Source of the DNA: an uncultured Nitrososphaerota archaeon
Lineage (GTDB): Archaea > Thermoproteota > EX4484-205 > JAAOZP01
NCBI GenBank assembly: GCA_964416155.1
Contig: CAYQCW010000007.1
Location: 25,217 to 89,216, forward strand
DNA length: 64,000 bases
Reading direction: 5' to 3'
Shown: positions 57,806-64,000 of the stretch, piece after piece
Numbering within the stretch: the stretch's first letter is position 1
Layout of the letters: each line of letters opens with the position of its first letter
Translations under genes and position numbers: made by a program
Notes under the pieces: generated by a model
The model's input: only the letters and a program-made list of their open reading frames with translations
What the model was told of the DNA's origin: nothing
Database searches by the model: none

Positions 57806-58309
57806 TTGAAGCAGATGCCTTACACTAGGAAGGAATACATATCTAGAATACCTCAGGTTAGGGTGAGTAAGTTTAAACTGGGTAAGGCTGAGGATTCTGA
57901 AGCTGTCTTCCGGCTCAGGGTTAAGAAGCCGGCCTTGATAAAACAGGAGGCTCTTGAAGCAGCCCGTGTCGCAGCCAACAAGATTCTTGAGACAGAGCTG
58001 GGTGAGGCTGGTTATGTTCTAAGGCTGATCCCGTATCCCCATGTTGTTTTAAGAGAGCACAAGATGCTGACTATGGCTGGTGCAGATAGGCTTAGCAAGG
58101 GTATGAAGAAGGCTTATGGGAAGCCTACTACGCTTGCCGCGAAGATAGAGGCGGGTGAACCCATTATAGAGGTTTTCTCAAGCCTTCAGTATGAAAACAC
58201 CGTTAAGAAAAGCCTTAAGACAGCCTCCTCTAAAATTCCTGTTGAAACCTTTATAGAGAAAGAAGTTGTGAAGGAAGGGAGTGGGGTTGATGAAGGAGAG
58301 CCTAAGTAA
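57806..58309 (+). CDS. rpl10e: Ribosomal protein L10e (uL16)
   Basis: Conserved L10e N-terminus (YTRKEYISRIPQVRVSKFKLG) and overall length. Confidence 0.85.
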   Translation: MKQMPYTRKEYISRIPQVRVSKFKLGKAEDSEAVFRLRVKKPALIKQEALEAARVAANKILETELGEAGYVLRLIPYPHVVLREHKMLTMAGADRLSKGMKKAYGKPTTLAAKIEAGEPIIEVFSSLQYENTVKKSLKTASSKIPVETFIEKEVVKEGSGVDEGEPK

Positions 58310-58880
58310 GCTCGTCCTCGTCGGAGAGCCTCTTGCAACCTTGGAGGAGTTTTTCCCGGGAGACGGAACCTTTGAGAAAGATGGAGTAATATATTCGAGC
58401 AGGATTGGAAGAGTCAGTGTTGACAAAGACAGGCGGGCGCTCGAGGTTGTTGAGCTTAAGCCTCTTCTCGTGCCTAAACCCGGTTTCAAGATCATCGGGA
58501 GCGTGACGGGTTTTTCAAGTCATTATGCTAACGTTAGAATATTCTACGTGAATGGGAATAGGCTGGACTATGAGTATACTGGGCTCATAAGCAGGGAGAG
58601 CTTTAGAAGAAGCTACCCTCGCTTCAGAACTGGAAACCTGAGAACCTATGTTAGGGAGAACGATCTTATTTACGGTGAAATAATGTCAACCGTTAACGTG
58701 AATCTGATAGATCTTTCGGCCAAGGAGTATGGTGTGGTTAAGGCTTACTGCGGCGATTGTGGAGGCCCCTTGGTGCTTTTCAAGAAATACTTGACCTGTC
58801 CCTCCTGCAGGACGAGGGAGAACAGGAAGCTTAGCGTTTTCTACGATGAGCCGATTGAAAGGCTGGTGGCCAGAGTATGA
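58281..58880 (+). CDS. csl4: Exosome subunit Csl4 (S1 domain + zinc ribbon)
   Basis: S1 fold plus C-terminal CGDCGGPL...CPSCRT zinc ribbon. Confidence 0.75.
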   Translation: MGLMKESLSKLVLVGEPLATLEEFFPGDGTFEKDGVIYSSRIGRVSVDKDRRALEVVELKPLLVPKPGFKIIGSVTGFSSHYANVRIFYVNGNRLDYEYTGLISRESFRRSYPRFRTGNLRTYVRENDLIYGEIMSTVNVNLIDLSAKEYGVVKAYCGDCGGPLVLFKKYLTCPSCRTRENRKLSVFYDEPIERLVARV

Positions 58881-59164
58881 GAATAGTTTATAGAAAGAGT
58901 GGGAGGGACAGCATAGAGCTGGAGGTATACGAGGAGACCCATACTGTGCTGAACCTTTTGACGAGCTATTTAAACACGAAGCTGGTTGAAGGATACTCTG
59001 CTTACAGGGTGGAACACCCCCTTAAACAGGATGCTACGCTTTACGTAAACGTCGGAGGGGGAGATGCTAGGGAGCTTCTTTTAGAGGCTGTCAGGAGTTT
59101 GATTGAAGAATTGGAGTCTCTGAGGAGAAAGCTCGACACAGCTGCTGGAAAAGCCTTATCCTAA
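58877..59164 (+). CDS. rpoL: DNA-directed RNA polymerase subunit L (Rpb11 homolog)
   Basis: 95 aa, HTVLNLLTSYL Rpb11/RpoL signature. Confidence 0.7.
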   Translation: MRIVYRKSGRDSIELEVYEETHTVLNLLTSYLNTKLVEGYSAYRVEHPLKQDATLYVNVGGGDARELLLEAVRSLIEELESLRRKLDTAAGKALS

Positions 59165-59186
59165 GCGCGTCAGTAACATTTATAAT

Positions 59187-59543
59187 ATGGCGGTTCACCC
59201 AATTAGAACCCTTATGCAGATAAGGTTCTGCCCAAAATGTGGCACTAAGCTCCAGATAAAAAGAGGCAAGGATAGCCTGCTGTACTCTTGCCCTAAATGC
59301 GGCTACGAGGAGCGTGCACATGTTGTTGAGAGAAGCGTGGAGACCGCTAGGAGAAACGGTGCTATAAAAGTTGTGAGGAAGACTACGGATCTCAACCCGC
59401 TGCCTATTACCATCGCTGTCTGCCCGAAGTGTAGGAATAAAGAGGCATACTGGTGGATAACTCAGACTAGGGGTGCAGACGAGAGTGCAACCCAGTTTTT
59501 CAAGTGTACTAAATGCGGCTATACTTGGAGAGAGTATTCTTAG
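59187..59543 (+). CDS. tfs: Transcription factor S / RNA polymerase subunit M (TFIIS-type zinc ribbons)
   Basis: Two C4 ribbons (CPKCG...CPKCG; CPKCRN...CTKCG) with acidic RGADE loop context. Confidence 0.85.
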   Translation: MAVHPIRTLMQIRFCPKCGTKLQIKRGKDSLLYSCPKCGYEERAHVVERSVETARRNGAIKVVRKTTDLNPLPITIAVCPKCRNKEAYWWITQTRGADESATQFFKCTKCGYTWREYS

Positions 59544-59548
59544 TAGGA

Positions 59549-60319
59549 TCAGGCTTTCTCCATTCTAGGCGCTATGAAGAAGGTTACCGTGCTGTTTTGT
59601 GCTTCCTCGATACTCTGGGTTATCTTCATAGGAAGATCAGTGTCAAACTCAAGCTTCATGTTTTCTCCGAAGAGCAGGGAGGAAACTATGCTGCCAAGCC
59701 TTTTAAGATCGTAAGAGGCTTTTGAACCCTGTTTTAAAACAGGGTTTACGAGATTCCCTTCCTCAGTCTTAAGAATAACCTGATACTCTGAGATTTCCCC
59801 TCTTGCGGAGAGCACGACAGCATTGTTCTCCACGCTTATTGAAACGTAGTCTGAAATATGTTTACCGCTGTCGAGCAGATGTTTTATCGTTGACACTTTT
59901 GTCTCGAAAGAGTTTCCGAGAGAAACCTTTGGAAGAGGAAGATCCTTATCCTCAGAGAAGAAGACAGGGATTGTGAAGATCCTCGTAAAATCGTTGCTAA
60001 CTTTAAAGCTTACTCTGTCCTCCGTGAAAGACATCTCCAGCCTTTCAGACTTAGACTCGAACTTAAGAAGGTTCAGCACGTCGCTTAAACGTATGTTCGC
60101 CTTAAGCAGTTTTTTAAACTCGAATGTTTCGAAGGCCTCTTTCGAAAGCACCAGGTCGATCATCGATACTTCCGCCAGGTCGAGAGCCCTTATGGAGAGG
60201 CCCTCGTCGCTTATCTTAACAGGCGCCTCATCTATCAGAGAAGCTGTTGCTTTAAGAGCCTTGCGAATAATCCTGGCGTCGTTTATCACGAGCCTTGCAA
60301 GGATGTTTGGAGACGACAT
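59549..60319 (-). CDS. pcn: DNA polymerase sliding clamp PCNA
   Basis: 256 aa, two-domain PCNA fold pattern, conserved LAPK/IAP-like C-terminus (FIAPRME). Confidence 0.85.
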   Translation of the reverse strand: MSSPNILARLVINDARIIRKALKATASLIDEAPVKISDEGLSIRALDLAEVSMIDLVLSKEAFETFEFKKLLKANIRLSDVLNLLKFESKSERLEMSFTEDRVSFKVSNDFTRIFTIPVFFSEDKDLPLPKVSLGNSFETKVSTIKHLLDSGKHISDYVSISVENNAVVLSARGEISEYQVILKTEEGNLVNPVLKQGSKASYDLKRLGSIVSSLLFGENMKLEFDTDLPMKITQSIEEAQNSTVTFFIAPRMEKA

Positions 60320-60432
60320 GACTGGTTACTAATAGCTTAGAGGACTCCTTATATAGCTTGCTTCGAAGACGCTTCAACCCTTAATGTTAATAAAGTTTCA
60401 CGAGCAGACAGTATTAGAGAAGGCTTTGAAAA

Positions 60433-61461
60433 ATGATGGGTGAGAACGTCCTTAGGGCTGCGAGATACCCGTTTCTACCGGAGGCCAGGGAATTCATATC
60501 TAGAAACATCGACCTGTCGCTGGAAAGTCTGGAGAAAACAGGCTCTGAAACAGCCTTGAAAAGGGCTGTCGAAAGAGTTAAAAACGCGCTCATTTTCAAG
60601 GAGGTTAAGGTAACCGCGTTAGACGAGTTGAACTATGTGAGGGAAATGCTGTCCTTTCCGATAGCGGTCATACTTGTTTCAATGATTATGAACGAGTATG
60701 TGAGGAGGATGTATGCTCTCGGAGAGAGCAGAGGCGCCTACGGGAGGATGTTGAATGAGAGTGATGAGACACTGCTCTACATCGGAGAAAAAATGGGGGT
60801 AGGAGGTGTTCTGGATGATGAGAACACCATAAGAGTGAAGATACCCACGTATTTGAGGCTAGCATACTCTTTTCACGCACCTCGTTGGAAGCTTGTAAAC
60901 AGAGCTGTGAATAATGGGTACGTCTCGATGGGGAAAACAGAGTACGCAAGGCTCATCCAAGTCGAGGTGAACAATTATGTTTATGAAAAGACTCTCGAGC
61001 CTGTTCCGGCTGGAGCCGTGCCCGATAGCTTTAGGAGGGCGGTTGATGAAATAGTTGAACTATGGAATAGGCTTGAGACAGGTAAAGCTAGCCGCATTCC
61101 CTTAAGGGAGAGGGAGGATACACCCCCATGCATCGGCAGGATAATTAGAAGGATGGAGAACGGTGAGAACGCTTCACACTTTGAGAGGCTGGTTGTAGCG
61201 ACCTTCATGATCTCTAGAAACAGGAGTATTGACGAGATAATCGAATTCTTCTCGAAACAGCCTGACTACAAGTATAGTGTTACTAAATACCAAGTTGAGC
61301 ATTTGGCTGGCATCCGGGGAGGAGGTAAAAAGTATTCTGTACCCAGCTGCAGAACAATACTCACCAACGGGCTCTGCTATCCCGACGAGTATTGCAAAGG
61401 GATTAAACATCCTTTAAGATATGGTGAGAAGAATGTTGCAGGCGAGCCTCGAATTCCTTAA
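60433..61461 (+). CDS. priL: DNA primase large (regulatory) subunit PriL
   Basis: Helical N-domain plus C-terminal 4-Cys Fe-S cluster region (CIGRI...C...C..C). Confidence 0.75.
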   Translation: MMGENVLRAARYPFLPEAREFISRNIDLSLESLEKTGSETALKRAVERVKNALIFKEVKVTALDELNYVREMLSFPIAVILVSMIMNEYVRRMYALGESRGAYGRMLNESDETLLYIGEKMGVGGVLDDENTIRVKIPTYLRLAYSFHAPRWKLVNRAVNNGYVSMGKTEYARLIQVEVNNYVYEKTLEPVPAGAVPDSFRRAVDEIVELWNRLETGKASRIPLREREDTPPCIGRIIRRMENGENASHFERLVVATFMISRNRSIDEIIEFFSKQPDYKYSVTKYQVEHLAGIRGGGKKYSVPSCRTILTNGLCYPDEYCKGIKHPLRYGEKNVAGEPRIP

Positions 61462-62551
61462 AAGAGAATTCTTCAAGTACTACTATGAGAACATCAGTAG
61501 ACTGGTACCGCCGGAGCCGATAAGAGGCAGGGAATTCGGCTTCTTCCTGGAAAAAGGAAGGGGGATGTTTAGACATAAGTGTTTCAACAGCCTAAGGGAT
61601 TTTCACGAGTTCATTCTGAATGAAATACCTCTCGACATCTATGTTTCCGCCGCAAACTATGAGGACCCGGGTAACAGGGATATGTCTGAGAAAAAACTTG
61701 TTAACTCGGAGCTTTTCTTCGACATAGATGCGGAGTCGGTTACCGCTGTTAGCGAAGAGGAGTCAGCCTGGATCTGTCAGAAATGCGGCCAGTACGATAT
61801 AGGGTTGATAGACAGATGCTCCTCATGCGGCTCTCCAACAGAGCTGGTTAGACTGGTTAGTGAAAAACAGTTGAAGGAGGCTCTTAGGGAAACTGAAAAG
61901 CTGATCCATGTTTTGACGGAAGATTTTGGAATAGCCCCAGGGAACATACATGTCTTCTACAGTGGAAACAGAGGATACCATGTGCATGTAAATCAAGAAG
62001 ACTTTCTAAACATAACGGGAGAGGGCAGGAGGGAGATTGTAGACTACCTTTTGATCCAAGGATTAGACGAGAAAGAGCTGTTTAATTTTTTAAAGAAGGG
62101 AGGGAGTATTGGGGGCACGGGCCTAAAGGGGGTTAAGAGAAGAGTGTGCATGAGGGTTCTTGAAAAAGCCGTATTCATGGATAAACTTAAAGCGAGCAGA
62201 AGGGAAACAGTTTTAAAAATGCTTGTGAACGTTGTCGAAGAGCTAAAGGTGAGGATCGATCCTGTTGTAACCATCGACATGCACAGGTTGATGAGGATGC
62301 CTGAAAGCATTAACAGTAGCGGCAGCATGGTGAAGAGGAGAATTCGGCTTGAGGATTTGCCATCGTTCAAACCTTTAGAGGAGGCTATTGCTTTCGGCGA
62401 AGAGGAAGCCTGTTTAAAAGTGAAGATAGTGCCCAGGTTCAGCCTAGGGGGGAAAACCTTCGGGCCTTTTAAGAATGAAGCGGTTGAGCTGCCTGCTTAC
62501 GCTGCCATATATATCATTTGCAAAGGGTTGGGGGAATATGCCGGAAGATAG
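61421..62551 (+). CDS. priS: DNA primase small (catalytic) subunit PriS
   Basis: Catalytic motifs DIDAE and YSGNRGYHVHV; inserted zinc knuckle CQKCG...CSSCG. Confidence 0.85.
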   Translation: MVRRMLQASLEFLKREFFKYYYENISRLVPPEPIRGREFGFFLEKGRGMFRHKCFNSLRDFHEFILNEIPLDIYVSAANYEDPGNRDMSEKKLVNSELFFDIDAESVTAVSEEESAWICQKCGQYDIGLIDRCSSCGSPTELVRLVSEKQLKEALRETEKLIHVLTEDFGIAPGNIHVFYSGNRGYHVHVNQEDFLNITGEGRREIVDYLLIQGLDEKELFNFLKKGGSIGGTGLKGVKRRVCMRVLEKAVFMDKLKASRRETVLKMLVNVVEELKVRIDPVVTIDMHRLMRMPESINSSGSMVKRRIRLEDLPSFKPLEEAIAFGEEEACLKVKIVPRFSLGGKTFGPFKNEAVELPAYAAIYIICKGLGEYAGR

Positions 62552-63065
62552 CATCCTTTTGAAGAAACTAGTAGAATCCTGGAGGATAAACAGGGAGAAG
62601 CAGGATTATCCTAGTCCCGACATAGATTCTTTAACGGAACTGCTATCGCTAATAAGAAGCGAGCTTCAACTGGTGGATAAGACTTCCATCAAGAGAGGAG
62701 TGTTGGAATGGTATTATGGTGCTGTTAAAAGTATTCTTGAAGACACTGTTAAAACACGCTTGATAAAAAGCCTGTTGTTAAACGTTAAAAGCTTGGAGAA
62801 AATGGCGAGACAGGATTTGAACAGCCTCTCAAAGTTTTTAACCGCAGCCCCCGAGGAATTCGACCTGAGACGTTTCGTTTCCCAGCCCTTTAAAAATAGG
62901 GACAAGAAGGTCATAGCAATAGTTTTAAAGGATATTGATAGGTTCGTGGGGGAAGACGGGAGGGAATATGGGCCCTACCCAGTCGGATGCCTAGTTAACA
63001 TGCCTTACTATGCAGCCAGGCTTCTGGAGGAGAAGGGCATAATAGAAGAAATCTTTATAACTTAA
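62538..63065 (+). CDS. Helical protein downstream of priS, possibly GINS Gins15/51 subunit
   Basis: Called mainly by gene-order analogy with Sulfolobus gins15-priS. Start placed at internal Met overlapping the priS end. Confidence 0.35.
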   Translation: MPEDSILLKKLVESWRINREKQDYPSPDIDSLTELLSLIRSELQLVDKTSIKRGVLEWYYGAVKSILEDTVKTRLIKSLLLNVKSLEKMARQDLNSLSKFLTAAPEEFDLRRFVSQPFKNRDKKVIAIVLKDIDRFVGEDGREYGPYPVGCLVNMPYYAARLLEEKGIIEEIFIT

Positions 63066-63085
63066 GGCTCCCAGCACGCAGATGC

Positions 63086-63364
63086 ATGAAGATTCCCAAT
63101 AAGATAAACACGTACTGTCCTAAGTGCCGCCAGTATACTGAGCACTCTGTCAGCCTGCTGAAAACAGGCAGAAGGAGGAAGACGGCTGCTGGGGAAAGGC
63201 ATCATGAACGGGTTGATAGACATGGCTACGGTGGGCAGAAGGCGCCTCTGGCGAAACCCGTTAAGACGACTAAAAAACAGACTTTAAAGCTGAAATGCTC
63301 GAAGTGCGGCTATGTTGTTCAGAAGAGAGGGATAAGAATTAAGAAGCTGGAGGTGGTTAGGTAA
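63086..63364 (+). CDS. rpl44e: Ribosomal protein L44e
   Basis: C4 zinc ribbon YCPKCRQYTEH...CSKCG, 92 aa. Confidence 0.85.
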   Translation: MKIPNKINTYCPKCRQYTEHSVSLLKTGRRRKTAAGERHHERVDRHGYGGQKAPLAKPVKTTKKQTLKLKCSKCGYVVQKRGIRIKKLEVVR

Positions 63365-63365
63365 A

Positions 63366-63554
63366 ATGGAGAGTCTGCTGTTTAAGCCGAGGTCTCGTTT
63401 TCTGAAGGTTAAGTGCAGCCAGTGTGACAACAAGCAAATAGTTTTCGAAAAGCCTGCGTCAAACGTTAAGTGCAGGGTGTGCGGTAAAACAATAGTTAAA
63501 AGCACGGGTGGGAAAGGCAATGTTTTCGGCGAGATAATAGAGGTTTACAGTTAG
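63366..63554 (+). CDS. rps27e: Ribosomal protein S27e
   Basis: C4 zinc ribbon VKCSQCDN...CRVCG, 62 aa. Confidence 0.85.
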   Translation: MESLLFKPRSRFLKVKCSQCDNKQIVFEKPASNVKCRVCGKTIVKSTGGKGNVFGEIIEVYS

Positions 63555-63555
63555 A

Positions 63556-64000
63556 ATGCCGGGGGAAACGGTTTCAGCGGGGGATCTGCTCGTCTGCAGG
63601 GTTAAGGAAATAACTGATTTCGGGCTGCTTCTTGAAAATGAGGATATTAAAGACAGAGAGGTTTTCCTCCATGTTTCAGAGATCCCTAAGGAGAGAAGCG
63701 TGCAGGATTTTAAGATCGGTCAAATGATTACGGTGAAAGCAATAAAGATAAGCAGGACTGGTGAAAGAGTCTTCGTATCGCTGAAGCAGCTTAACAAGGC
63801 GGAAGCACGTTCAGCCATGAGGAAATGGAGGGCGGAGAAGAAGGCTTCAGAGATTTTTAACGAGGTTGCGACAAGGTTTTCAATACCCAGCGATGTTTTA
63901 GAGGACACTAAGGATAAGCTTGTTGAGAAATACGGCAGCCTGACTGAGGCGCTTAGAATAGCAATCATGGAAGGGGAGAACACTTTAGCCAGAACGAAAA
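63556..64000 (+). CDS. eif2a: Translation initiation factor 2 alpha subunit (aIF2-alpha), 3'-truncated by window edge
   Basis: N-terminal S1 domain (GDLLVCRVKEITDFGLLLENEDIKDREVFLHVSEI) followed by a helical domain; ORF runs off the window. Confidence 0.8.
   Translation, partial: MPGETVSAGDLLVCRVKEITDFGLLLENEDIKDREVFLHVSEIPKERSVQDFKIGQMITVKAIKISRTGERVFVSLKQLNKAEARSAMRKWRAEKKASEIFNEVATRFSIPSDVLEDTKDKLVEKYGSLTEALRIAIMEGENTLARTK

Noticed and set aside
1-64000. Looked for CRISPR arrays (regularly spaced 24-37-nt direct repeats) and cas genes
   Set aside because: No periodic repeat structure seen anywhere by eye; no Cas-like motifs in any ORF.

Overview
This 64-kb window looks like an archaeal chromosome segment, probably from a hyperthermophilic crenarchaeon of the Thermoproteales type. 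That assignment is inference from gene content, not a database hit. Support: core archaeal markers (glycerol-1-phosphate dehydrogenase, TiaS, Top6A, aRF1, Pelota, aCPSF1, TFE/TFS/RpoL, PriS/PriL, PCNA, two proteasome beta subunits, L37e/L44e/S27e/L10e, aIF2-alpha) and nine tRNA genes that all carry introns, four of them with two introns. GC content is about 50%, with several AT-rich islands.

The backbone is ordinary housekeeping DNA. It holds a translation/transcription/replication cluster (45.6-51.2 kb and 54.6-64 kb) and a protein-glycosylation cluster (20.7-26.8 kb). A convergent archaeal RibK/RibL pair (FMN and FAD synthesis) sits at 12.8-13.9 kb, and a signal recognition particle 7S RNA at about 38.7-39.1 kb.

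The accessory and degraded parts are more interesting:
- A tRNA-flanked AT-rich island at 14.26-16.52 kb carrying a double-motif LAGLIDADG homing endonuclease, all in one frame but broken by four in-frame stops.
- A roughly 1.5-kb remnant of an integrated element directly 3' of tRNA-Gln, bounded by a 16/18-bp att-like repeat of the tRNA 3' end.
- Two diverged paralogous copies of a decayed gene family, each a small plus-strand ORF plus a frame-fragmented minus-strand gene ending in an hhAIhEIKxT module (42.1-42.9 kb and 52.2-53.7 kb).
- A tRNA-Asp with a T-loop intron hidden inside an AT-rich junk region.
- A BNR/Asp-box glycosidase pseudogene.
- A DRG/TGS-family protein that has lost its G-motifs.

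No CRISPR array, rRNA or obvious intact defence operon was found by eye. All calls come from manual motif reading of the supplied ORFs and sequence; no searches were run.
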